A stretch of DNA of 64,000 nucleotides from Gemmatimonadales bacterium. GTDB lineage: Bacteria; Gemmatimonadota; Gemmatimonadetes; Gemmatimonadales; GWC2-71-9. A program made the translations under genes and the position numbers. Shown in pieces: positions 20,727 to 31,083 of this stretch (positions within the stretch are counted from its first letter, which is position 1; each line of letters starts with the position of its first letter). The notes beneath the pieces were generated by a model, which did no database searches, was not told the DNA's origin, and saw only the letters and a program-made list of their open reading frames with translations. The stretch lies in contig JBFJCP010000025.1 in assembly GCA_041615815.1 (NCBI GenBank), positions 1 through 64,000 of the forward strand. The letters run 5' to 3'.

Positions 20727-22670
20727 CTACAGCTCCAGCGACCGGCTCGCAATCTTCTCTCGCACTCGCGCCAGAAAGTCCTCCACGGGCACGATTTCCT
20801 GCTTTTTGCCGGCGCCCCGGACCCGGACCGCGAGCGTGCCGGCTTCGACCTCTCGTTTCCCGACGACCGCCATGTACGGCACTTTCAGCACCTCAGCGTC
20901 GCGGATCCGGTAATTGAGCGTCTCGTTACGATCGTCGAGGGACGTCCGGATTTCGGCCTCGCGAAATCGGCGATGGATGTCCCGGGCCGCGTCTGTCTCT
21001 TCGTGGGTAATCGGAACGAGCCGTACCTGTTCCGGGGCCAACCACACCGGGAAGGCTCCGGCAAAATGCTCGATCAGGCAACCCACGAACCGTTCGAGCG
21101 TCCCGAAGATGGCGCGGTGAATCATCACCGGGCGATGCGGTCGATTGTCGGATCCAGTGAACTCCAGCTCGAACCGTTCCGGTAGCTGATAATCGAGCTG
21201 GATGGTGGCCCCTTGCCACTCGCGACCAATGGCGTCTTCGAGCTTGATGTCGATTTTGGGACCGTAGAATGCGCCCCCGCCCTCGTCGAGCCCATACGTG
21301 ATCCCGCGGCGATCGAGTGCGCGTTGGAGCGCTTGCTCCGCCACGTCCCAGGCGTCGTCCGACCCAATCTTCTCGGCCGGCCGGGTCGAGAGATCGAGCC
21401 GATAGGCGAAGCCAAACGTCCGGCGCAGCACCAAATCCACGAGATCGAGCATGTCGTAGATCTCGTCCTCGATCTGATCCTCGCGACAGAAGACGTGCGC
21501 GTCATCCATGGTGAGCATCCGTACGCGCAAGAGACCGTGCAGCGTGCCGGAGAGCTCGTTCCGGTAGACGTTGGCCACCTCGGCCAATCGGACGGGAAGA
21601 TCCCGATACGACCGTTGGCGTGCCGCATAGATGAGGGTGTGCATGGGGCAATTCATGGGCTTCACGCGATAGCGCACGTTCTCCGCTTCGCCGCCCCCGG
21701 CGCCCATGCCGGGAAACTGATTGTCACCGTACAGCGGGAGGTGTCCCGACCGATAGAACAGTTCTTCCCGCGTAATGTGCGGCGTGAAGACCAAGTCGTA
21801 GTTCCGCCGCAGGAGCTCGTCCTCGATGAAGCGACGCAGCTCATGCTGCAGCGTGGCGCCGCGGGGGTGCCAGAGAACGAGCCCAGGTCCCACGTCTTCC
21901 TGGATACTAAACAGATCGAGCTGTTTGCCTAGCAAACGGTGATCGCGCTTTTCCGCCTCTTCCAGCCGGCGGAGGTACGCGTCGAGGTCGGCCTTGCGGA
22001 ACCATGCGGTGCCGTAGATGCGCTGGAGCATCTGCCGGTTGGAATCCCCCCGCCAATAGGCGCCGGCCGCATGCAGCAGCTTGAAGTGTTTGATTCGTCC
22101 CGTGCTGGGAACGTGCGGTCCGCGGCACAGATCGACGAACGGGCCGTCCGTGTAGACCGAGATGACCTCGTCGTCGCCCAGCTCCTCGAGCCGTTCCAGT
22201 TTGAGCGGATCATCCTTGAACCGCTGCCGCGCGGTATCGCGGTCCACCTCTTCGCGTACGAAGGGGTCGTCGCGCCCCACTACTTCCCGCATCTTCTTTT
22301 CGATCGTGACCAGATCGTCCGGCGTAAACGGCCGCGGCACCTCGAAGTCGTAGTAGAATCCGTCCTGGATGGGCGGACCGAATCCGATGCTGGCATCCGG
22401 AAACAGCTCGCGCACGGCGGTGGCCAGAACGTGCGCGGCGGAATGGCGGAGCACCGGGAGGGCTGCTTCCTCACCTTCGGTCAGGACCTCGAGGCTGGTG
22501 TCCCCCCGAATCGGCCGATCCAGATCCCACACTTCGCCGTCGACGCGAGCGGCGACGGCCGCCCGGGCCAGACGAGGGCCAATGGCCTCGGCCACGGCAC
22601 GAGGCGTCGTCCCAACGGGCACGTCCCGGGCCGACCCGTCGGGAAGCGTGAGCCGGATCTTCTTGGTCAT
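20727..22670 (-). CDS. thrS: Threonine--tRNA ligase
   Basis: TGS domain, RHSAAH, DLCRGPH, KPMNCP and FYGPKID motifs; ATG 22670. Confidence 0.99.
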   Translation of the reverse strand: MTKKIRLTLPDGSARDVPVGTTPRAVAEAIGPRLARAAVAARVDGEVWDLDRPIRGDTSLEVLTEGEEAALPVLRHSAAHVLATAVRELFPDASIGFGPPIQDGFYYDFEVPRPFTPDDLVTIEKKMREVVGRDDPFVREEVDRDTARQRFKDDPLKLERLEELGDDEVISVYTDGPFVDLCRGPHVPSTGRIKHFKLLHAAGAYWRGDSNRQMLQRIYGTAWFRKADLDAYLRRLEEAEKRDHRLLGKQLDLFSIQEDVGPGLVLWHPRGATLQHELRRFIEDELLRRNYDLVFTPHITREELFYRSGHLPLYGDNQFPGMGAGGGEAENVRYRVKPMNCPMHTLIYAARQRSYRDLPVRLAEVANVYRNELSGTLHGLLRVRMLTMDDAHVFCREDQIEDEIYDMLDLVDLVLRRTFGFAYRLDLSTRPAEKIGSDDAWDVAEQALQRALDRRGITYGLDEGGGAFYGPKIDIKLEDAIGREWQGATIQLDYQLPERFELEFTGSDNRPHRPVMIHRAIFGTLERFVGCLIEHFAGAFPVWLAPEQVRLVPITHEETDAARDIHRRFREAEIRTSLDDRNETLNYRIRDAEVLKVPYMAVVGKREVEAGTLAVRVRGAGKKQEIVPVEDFLARVREKIASRSLEL

Positions 22671-22825
22671 GCGGCCGTCGTCGTTGGGCCAGCGAGGCTC
22701 AGCAGGGGCTCGGCAGCGCTCTGAAACAGGAAGAAGAGCACCACGCCCGCGATGACGATCGCCACGATCACCCCCGTGATGACGAGGACGCGGCGCCGGC
22801 GGGCCGGAGTGTGTGCGGTTTGCAT
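22667..22825 (-). CDS. 52-aa single-pass membrane protein (not in the ORF track)
   Basis: MQTAHTPARRRRVLVITGVIVAIVIAGVVLFFLFQSAAEPLLSLAGPTTTAA; its stop overlaps the thrS start (ATGA). Confidence 0.65.
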   Translation of the reverse strand: MQTAHTPARRRRVLVITGVIVAIVIAGVVLFFLFQSAAEPLLSLAGPTTTAA

Positions 22826-22896
22826 GGTGACGTGGATAGAGCTTTGATTCGCGTATATCTATTATTCTTGTTAATTCTAGCACGGCCAGAGAGCCG

Positions 22897-23322
22897 ATGC
22901 CACGGGAGGACTTCATTCGCATACGACCCTACCAGGACGATTGGCTGGGCGTCGCCTTCTCCGCCGCCGTTGGGCTCGGGGCCGGACTCTTTGCCGGGAT
23001 CGTGGCCGGCGAGCTGTTCGGCAAGGTGAACTCCGAACGGGTGCGGGGGGCCATGGGCCGGCTCAAACGACGGCCGGCGAGCCTGCCGGAACCGCATGCG
23101 GTCGAGCGCGCCGTGCAGGACGCATTGCGGGAGTTGGCCACCACACGCCACCTGAACGTGCGGGTGCACGCCCTGGGCGACGGCCTCGTCGAGCTGACGG
23201 GCACGGCGCCAGACGCCGCGTCCCGTCGCGTCGCTGGGGACACCGCCCGTACGGTTGTTGGGGCCGAGGTGGTGGTCAACCGGATCCTCGTGGAAGGGAA
23301 CGATATTCCGAACGCTCGGTGA
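22897..23322 (+). CDS. BON-domain protein with N-terminal TM
   Basis: TM AAVGLGAGLFAGIV; BON-like VRVHALGDGLVELTG...VVVNRILV. Confidence 0.8.
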   Translation: MPREDFIRIRPYQDDWLGVAFSAAVGLGAGLFAGIVAGELFGKVNSERVRGAMGRLKRRPASLPEPHAVERAVQDALRELATTRHLNVRVHALGDGLVELTGTAPDAASRRVAGDTARTVVGAEVVVNRILVEGNDIPNAR

Positions 23323-23345
23323 TCCCTCCTCCACGCTCCTAGACG

Positions 23346-26087
23346 ATGGCAACGACGCAACTCGCCTCCCGGTACGATCCTTCGGCGATCGAAACCGACA
23401 TCTACAATCGATGGCGGGATGCCGGTGTGCTGACGGCAGACGCCCACAGCGACGCCACGCCATATGTCATCGTCATCCCGCCCCCCAACGTCACGGCGGT
23501 CCTCCACATGGGCCACGGCCTGAACAACACGATTCAGGACGTCCTGATCCGTTTCGAGCGCATGCGGGGCCGCGAGGCCCTCTGGCTTCCGGGAACGGAT
23601 CACGCCGGCATTGCGACACAAAACGTGGTGGAGCGGCTCGTCGCCGACGAGTTAGGGAAGCGCCGACAGGACCTCGGTCGGGAACAATTCGTGGAACGGA
23701 TCTGGACGTTCGTGCACGAAACGGGGAATACAATTCTCAAACAGCTCGAGGCCATCGGGGCATCGTGCGATTGGGACCGCACGCGCTTCACCCTCGACGA
23801 CGAATACTCACGAGCGGTGCTCAAGGTGTTCGTCGATCTGTATCACGATGGGCTGATTTACCGTGGACACCGCGTCATCCACTGGTGTCCCCGGTGTCTC
23901 ACGGCACTGTCCGACGAAGAGGCGGAGTTTCGGGAGCGGGACGATCATCTGTTTCACATTCGCTATCCCGTCGTAACATCGGCCGGGGAACGGCGCGGCG
24001 GAGCGATCTCGCCGGGAGGGGGCGAGCCGCCGAACCGCCGACTCGTCGATTCCATCGTCGTGGCCACGACGCGCCCCGAAACGATGTTCGGGGATGTGGC
24101 CTTGGTGTTTCACCCGGACGATGAGCGCTATCGGGACCTCAGAGGTCAGACCATCCGGATCCCTCTCACCGACGTGGAGATTCCCATCGAGGTGAGCCCG
24201 CGAGTGGAGCGCGAGTTTGGGAGCGGCATGCTCAAGGTCACTCCCGCTCACGATCCCAACGACTTTGAGATCGCCGGCGAGCTCGAGGGCGACTACGAAA
24301 TGCCCGTGGTGATCGATGCCGAGGGGCGGATGGGTCACGAACCCCGGGTCCCCGAAGAGTTACGTGGGCTCGATCGCTACGAAGCACGCGAGCGGGCGGT
24401 CGCCATGCTCGAGCAGGAAGAACTCCTGGCAAAGAAGGAGCCCTATCGCCACGCAGTACGCCACTGTTATCGCTGTCACACCGTGGTGGAGCCGCGACTG
24501 TCCGATCAGTGGTTCGTGCGGATGAAACCGCTCGCCACACCAGCCCTCGCCGCGTACCGGGACGGCCAGTTGACGTTCGTGCCCGAGCGATGGGGTGCGG
24601 TCTACGAGAACTGGCTCACGGAGATTCGAGATTGGAACATCTCCCGGCAGCTCTGGTGGGGTCACCGCATACCCGCGTGGTACTGCGACGCCCCGTCGTG
24701 CGGACATATCACCGTTGCCCTCGACCCCCCAGCCGCCTGTGAGCGATGCGGCGGGTCGGTTCGGCAGGACGAGGATGTGCTGGACACGTGGTTTTCGTCG
24801 TGGCTCTGGCCCTTCGCCACCATGGGGTGGCCGAACGCCACCGACGACCTCGCCAAATTCTATCCAGGACACACCCTCGTCACCGCCGCCGAGATCATCT
24901 TCTTCTGGGTAGCCCGGATGGTGATGGCGGGCTTCTACTTTATGGGCGAGCGCCCCTTCAGCACCGTGTACATTCACGGGACCGTACGCGACACGCTGCA
25001 CCGGAAGATGTCCAAGTCCCTGGGGAACGGGATCGACCCGTTGGAAGTGGTCAGCCGGTACGGCGCGGACGCGCTGCGGTTCACGGTGGTGGCAGGAGCG
25101 CCCGTGGGCACCGATGTCATTCTCGATCCCAACGATCTCGAGACGACCTTCGCCCCTGGACGCAACTTCGCCAACAAGGTGTGGAACGTTGGTCGCTTCA
25201 TCCTGAGCAATCTCGACGGTCCCGTCGTGGCCCCGGATCGGTGGGACCCGGCCCACTTCGAGCTGGCCGATCGCTGGATCCTCTCGCGGGTCCAGCGCGT
25301 GATCGTGGACACCACGGAGGCGCTCGAGCGATTTCGCCTCAACGACGCCGCCAACGCCATCTACCATTTCCTGTGGGACGATCTCGCCGACTGGTACGTC
25401 GAACAGGTGAAGCCGCGTCTCTACGGCGACGCTCGCGGGGGTGAAGTGGCGCGCGCAATTCTGCGCAACGTGTTCGAGACCGCATTGCGACTGCTCCACC
25501 CAATCATGCCGTTCATCACGGAGGAGCTCTGGCAATATCTCCCGCAGGCACGCGAACCCCTGCTCGCCAAGGCGGCGTGGCCCCGGCCCAAGGCGCCGTT
25601 GGTGGACGACGAAGCCGAAGACCGCTTCGGCCGCGTGCAGGCGCTCGTCGCCGCCGTCCGTTCCGTGCGCGCGGAGTACAACGTGCCACCGGGCACCGAA
25701 ATCGCCGCCGTCGTCCAGCCATCGAGCACGGACGCGCTGGAAGCGTTCAACGCCGAGCAACGCACGATCGAGCGCCTGGCCAAGCTGAAACATCTCACGA
25801 TGGACGGCGCGGGAGAGGGTGCCGGTGCGCACCAGGTCTTGCCCGATGGTTCGGCCGTCTTCGTGCCACTCGGCAATGCGATCGACGTGCAGAAAGAGTG
25901 TGCGCGTCTGCGGACCGAAACGGCGCGATTGGACGGGCAACTGAGAGGCGTCCGGCAGAAACTCCAAAACGAGCAATTCGTGAACCGCGCCCCGGCCGAC
26001 GTGGTCCAGCGCGAGCGGGAGAAGGAGCAATCGTGGCGCGAGCAGCGCGAGACGCTTACCGCCAAGCTGCACGCGCTGGGCTGCTGA
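23346..26087 (+). CDS. valS: Valine--tRNA ligase
   Basis: PPPNVT, HMGH, TTRPET, SRQLWWGH and KMSKS motifs; C-terminal coiled coil. Confidence 0.99.
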   Translation: MATTQLASRYDPSAIETDIYNRWRDAGVLTADAHSDATPYVIVIPPPNVTAVLHMGHGLNNTIQDVLIRFERMRGREALWLPGTDHAGIATQNVVERLVADELGKRRQDLGREQFVERIWTFVHETGNTILKQLEAIGASCDWDRTRFTLDDEYSRAVLKVFVDLYHDGLIYRGHRVIHWCPRCLTALSDEEAEFRERDDHLFHIRYPVVTSAGERRGGAISPGGGEPPNRRLVDSIVVATTRPETMFGDVALVFHPDDERYRDLRGQTIRIPLTDVEIPIEVSPRVEREFGSGMLKVTPAHDPNDFEIAGELEGDYEMPVVIDAEGRMGHEPRVPEELRGLDRYEARERAVAMLEQEELLAKKEPYRHAVRHCYRCHTVVEPRLSDQWFVRMKPLATPALAAYRDGQLTFVPERWGAVYENWLTEIRDWNISRQLWWGHRIPAWYCDAPSCGHITVALDPPAACERCGGSVRQDEDVLDTWFSSWLWPFATMGWPNATDDLAKFYPGHTLVTAAEIIFFWVARMVMAGFYFMGERPFSTVYIHGTVRDTLHRKMSKSLGNGIDPLEVVSRYGADALRFTVVAGAPVGTDVILDPNDLETTFAPGRNFANKVWNVGRFILSNLDGPVVAPDRWDPAHFELADRWILSRVQRVIVDTTEALERFRLNDAANAIYHFLWDDLADWYVEQVKPRLYGDARGGEVARAILRNVFETALRLLHPIMPFITEELWQYLPQAREPLLAKAAWPRPKAPLVDDEAEDRFGRVQALVAAVRSVRAEYNVPPGTEIAAVVQPSSTDALEAFNAEQRTIERLAKLKHLTMDGAGEGAGAHQVLPDGSAVFVPLGNAIDVQKECARLRTETARLDGQLRGVRQKLQNEQFVNRAPADVVQREREKEQSWREQRETLTAKLHALGC

Positions 26088-27229
26088 CCGCGCTGCTCAG
26101 CGGCTGCGCCCAGGTCCAGGAGCCTCCCGGCGGTCCGCCCGACTTCACCCCTCCCACACTGGTGAGTGTGCGCCCGGACTCGGGGGCAGTGCTCCCGCGA
26201 TTCAACGACGCGGCCGAGTTTCAGTTCGACGAGGTCGTGACCGAACCCACCGGGCAGACCGCCTCCCGCCTGTTCTTGCTCTCCCCCCGCCCGCGGGAGC
26301 TGGACGTGGACTGGAAACGGACGCGGCTTACCGTGAAACCGAGCGGGGGCTGGCGGCAGGGCGTGGTGTATCGATTGACGCTGCTCCCGCAGGTGACGGA
26401 TCTCAGGAGCAATCGGCTCGAGACGGGACGCGTGATCGTGTTTTCGATCGGCCGACCCATTCCGGAAACCAGCATTGCAGGACGCGTCGTGGACTGGGAA
26501 GCGGGGCGGACCGCCCGTGCGGCCTTGGTGGAAGCGGTCGCCGTCCCCGATTCGACCGTGTACTTCACTCAAACCGATTCCACCGGGCAGTTCGATCTCA
26601 CAGCCATCCCACCCGGGATCTACACACTCTATGGCACGATCGATGGCAACAACAATCAGGTGCGCGATCGGGGTGAGGCGTTCGACTCCATGACCGTAGC
26701 CCTCGATTCGATGCTCGGTCAGGTCTTCTGGGCATTTCGCCAGGACACGCTGGGACCGCAGATCCAGGCCGCCACCAGGGCGGACAGTCAGACCATCGCG
26801 ATCGAGTTCACCCAGGCCCTCGCGCCGGGACCGGTGGACACGGCGGCGATCCAGGTCTTCGCTCTCCCGGATAGCAGCCCGGTAGGCGTCCAAACGGTGT
26901 GGACCCAGGCGCAGTACGACTCGGTGCGGGCTGCCGAGCGCGACCGAGCACGCGCGGCCGTGGATTCGGCCCGAGCGGACTCCGCCGCGGCTGATTCCGT
27001 GGCCGCGCCACGGCCGCCGGTGCAAGCTCCTCCGGCGGCCGCCCCGGACACCACACCCGCGGCGCAGCTCGTGGCGCAACGGCCGCCGTTGATCAGCCGG
27101 ATCTTTCTCAGGCTCACCGCACCCGTCCGTCCCGGGGACCGGTTCCTGATCACGAGCCGTCTCGCCAACGTCCTGGGCGCGGTGGCCGACTCCCGCTCGG
27201 TGCTGGTCATTCCGGGAGGCGGCCGATGA
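26033..27229 (+). CDS. Lipoprotein with Ig-like (Big_5-type) and carboxypeptidase-regulatory-like domains
   Basis: Lipobox LLSGC followed by PPGGPPDFTPP; AGGAG RBS before GTG 26033, overlapping the end of valS. Confidence 0.8.
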   Translation: MARAARDAYRQAARAGLLTALLSGCAQVQEPPGGPPDFTPPTLVSVRPDSGAVLPRFNDAAEFQFDEVVTEPTGQTASRLFLLSPRPRELDVDWKRTRLTVKPSGGWRQGVVYRLTLLPQVTDLRSNRLETGRVIVFSIGRPIPETSIAGRVVDWEAGRTARAALVEAVAVPDSTVYFTQTDSTGQFDLTAIPPGIYTLYGTIDGNNNQVRDRGEAFDSMTVALDSMLGQVFWAFRQDTLGPQIQAATRADSQTIAIEFTQALAPGPVDTAAIQVFALPDSSPVGVQTVWTQAQYDSVRAAERDRARAAVDSARADSAAADSVAAPRPPVQAPPAAAPDTTPAAQLVAQRPPLISRIFLRLTAPVRPGDRFLITSRLANVLGAVADSRSVLVIPGGGR

Positions 27230-28572
27230 CCGATCGCCGCCGCGCGCTCCCCGCCGTCAACACCCTGCTGGCCGAGGCGGAACGAGCGGGACTGACCGCG
27301 CAGACCCCGCGGGGCCTGGTGGTGGATGCGATCCGGGAGGTCCTGCAGGAAGCGAGACGCGGTGGCGGGACCCTTTCGCATGAGTCGTGGCTGCCGGCGA
27401 TCGAGCGTCGAGTCGTGGCGCGCACTCGGCTGTCCCTGCGTCGCGTCGTCAACGCCACAGGCGTGGTGCTCCATACCAACCTCGGACGCGCTCCGCTGGC
27501 GGAGGCGGCTCAACGCGCTATGGAGGGGGCATTCGGCTACACAACGCTCGAACTGAACCGCGAGACCGGCGAGCGTGGATCACGCCAGGACCATGTGCGC
27601 GCCCTACTGCGAGAGTTGACCGGCGCTGACGACGCATTGGTGGTGGGAAACGCCGCGGCGGCGTTGTTCTTGTTGCTGGCGGCGGTGGCGGCTGGCGGCG
27701 AAACGGTGGTGTCGCGCGGTGAATTGGTCGAGATCGGCGGCGCGTTCCGCATTCCCGAGATTCTCGCAAAGAGCGGTAGCATCCTGGTGGAGGTCGGGAC
27801 CACGAATCGCACCCGGCTCCGCGACTACGCCCTCGCGGTGAGTCCGCGCACCCGCCTCTTCCTGAAAGTGCATCGGTCCAACTTCGAGATCACGGGCTTC
27901 GTGGCGGAGACCGCGATCGCAGACCTGGTCGCGCTTGGGCGGGACCGCGCCATTCCGGCCGCCCACGATGTGGGGAGCGGCCTGCTCGTTTCCCTCGAGC
28001 GGTTTGGGCTCTCCGGAGAGCCACTCGTTTCGCAGAGCGTTGCGGCGGGAGCCACGGTCGTCTTTTCGGGAGACAAGCTGCTAGGCGGCCCGCAAGCCGG
28101 AATACTCGTGGGGCCGTCGACCGTCGTTCAACAGGCGGCGCGCCACCCCCTGACCCGAGCGCTTCGGCCTGACAAGACCGTCCTGGCGGCCCTCGAAGCC
28201 ACCCTCATGCTCTACCGCGATCCCGAAGACGCGGTGCGGGCCATCCCGACGCTGGCCATGCTCACCGCCTCACCGGCAAGCCTCAAGCGGCGGGCGCGAC
28301 GCCTCGCACGTCGCATTCCGGGAGCCACGACGATGCCCGGACTGTCGTCGGTGGGAGGTGGGGCATTCCCCGGCGTGGACCTGCCGACGACACTCGTCGG
28401 GATCGAGCCGGCGTCGTGTGACCAATTCCTGCGGCAGCTGCGGGCCAACGATCCGCCGGTGATCGCTCGGACCGCGGAGGGATGCGTGGTGTTTGACGTG
28501 CGCACCGTGGCCGACGCGGAGCTTGCCATCGTGGGGGACGCCGCGCGCGCCATTGTTGCGTCGGGATTGTGA
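27226..28572 (+). CDS. selA: L-seryl-tRNA(Sec) selenium transferase
   Basis: VNATGVVLHTNLGRA, SRGELVEIGGAFRIP, VGTTNRT, KVHRSNF and FSGDKLLGGPQAG motifs. Confidence 0.96.
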   Translation: MTDRRRALPAVNTLLAEAERAGLTAQTPRGLVVDAIREVLQEARRGGGTLSHESWLPAIERRVVARTRLSLRRVVNATGVVLHTNLGRAPLAEAAQRAMEGAFGYTTLELNRETGERGSRQDHVRALLRELTGADDALVVGNAAAALFLLLAAVAAGGETVVSRGELVEIGGAFRIPEILAKSGSILVEVGTTNRTRLRDYALAVSPRTRLFLKVHRSNFEITGFVAETAIADLVALGRDRAIPAAHDVGSGLLVSLERFGLSGEPLVSQSVAAGATVVFSGDKLLGGPQAGILVGPSTVVQQAARHPLTRALRPDKTVLAALEATLMLYRDPEDAVRAIPTLAMLTASPASLKRRARRLARRIPGATTMPGLSSVGGGAFPGVDLPTTLVGIEPASCDQFLRQLRANDPPVIARTAEGCVVFDVRTVADAELAIVGDAARAIVASGL

Positions 28573-28662
28573 ACGGAGGGAAACGGATCCAAATTGCCAG
28601 CTGACAGATTCCCACCGACGCCGTCACGAGCCACAGGGGGAAGGGCGACGCAGGGAGGACCA

Positions 28663-29331
28663 ATGCACGTGGCCGTCCTCGCCTCGGGTTCCGGCACCAA
28701 TCTCCAGGCGCTGTTGGATCACTGTCGTACAGGAGCCGCCGCACAGGTCACGCTCGTGGTCAGCAATACAACATCCGCGCGAGCCCTCGAGCGCGCCCAC
28801 GCCGCCGGCGTTGCCACCCATGTGCTCATGGACCACCGCGATGGGCGAGAGCTCACGGAGACGCTCGCCGCCCATCGGACCGACCTGGTGGTCCTCGCTG
28901 GCTACCTGAAGCTGGTGCCGCCCGCAACCGTGGATGCATACGCCGGCCGCATGATCAATCTGCACCCGGCGCTGCTGCCTGCCTTCGGCGGAAAGGGAAT
29001 GTACGGATCAAACGTGCACCGAGCCGTGCTGGACTCGGGAGCGACGATCACGGGAGTGTCGATACACCTGGTGACGCATGAATACGACCGGGGGCCGGTG
29101 ATTGCACAGTGGCCTGTGCCCGTCGCGGCGGACGACACGCCGGACGCGCTGGCGGCACGGATCCGTCACGTAGAACACGCACTGCTCCCGGCCGTGGTCT
29201 TGGCCGCCGCTCGGGCGGGACGGGTCGTGCGCCTGGTCCCCAAGGGGAACGTATTCACACTGACGGCAGACGCCGAGGCAATCCCGGAGCTGCTATTGCC
29301 AACTGCGCTTCCCGCCCAGTCACCACGGTAA
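28663..29331 (+). CDS. purN: Phosphoribosylglycinamide formyltransferase
   Basis: SGSGTNLQA, NLHPALLP and YDRGP motifs; GGAGG RBS. Confidence 0.96.
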   Translation: MHVAVLASGSGTNLQALLDHCRTGAAAQVTLVVSNTTSARALERAHAAGVATHVLMDHRDGRELTETLAAHRTDLVVLAGYLKLVPPATVDAYAGRMINLHPALLPAFGGKGMYGSNVHRAVLDSGATITGVSIHLVTHEYDRGPVIAQWPVPVAADDTPDALAARIRHVEHALLPAVVLAAARAGRVVRLVPKGNVFTLTADAEAIPELLLPTALPAQSPR

Positions 29332-29394
29332 TGGGCAACGAAGGCGAGCACTCATCACCGAGCCCACGACACCTAACACCTAACACTCATACAC

Positions 29395-30924
<1,530 letters not shown>

Positions 30925-31083
30925 AGAGGCAGGGGTTGGGGATCAGGGACTAGAAATTGGGATCGGTCAGAGCTTGTGTTCAGCACCGGCGGTCCGACCC
31001 AACGGCCGCCGATGGCACGACCTTCGTTGGCGAAGCCCCGCGCGACTCGTCTTTCCCAATCCCTTACCCCGAACCCCTATCTC
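30925..31083. repeat. Heptamer tandem repeats in inverted arrangement between convergent genes
   Basis: AGGGGTT GGGGATC AGGGACT AGAAATT GGGA ... TCCCAAT CCCTTAC CCCGAAC CCCTATC. Confidence 0.7.

Noticed and set aside
28573..28662. Possible ZTP or purine riboswitch before purN/purH
   Set aside because: No match to the conserved cores that I can recognise.
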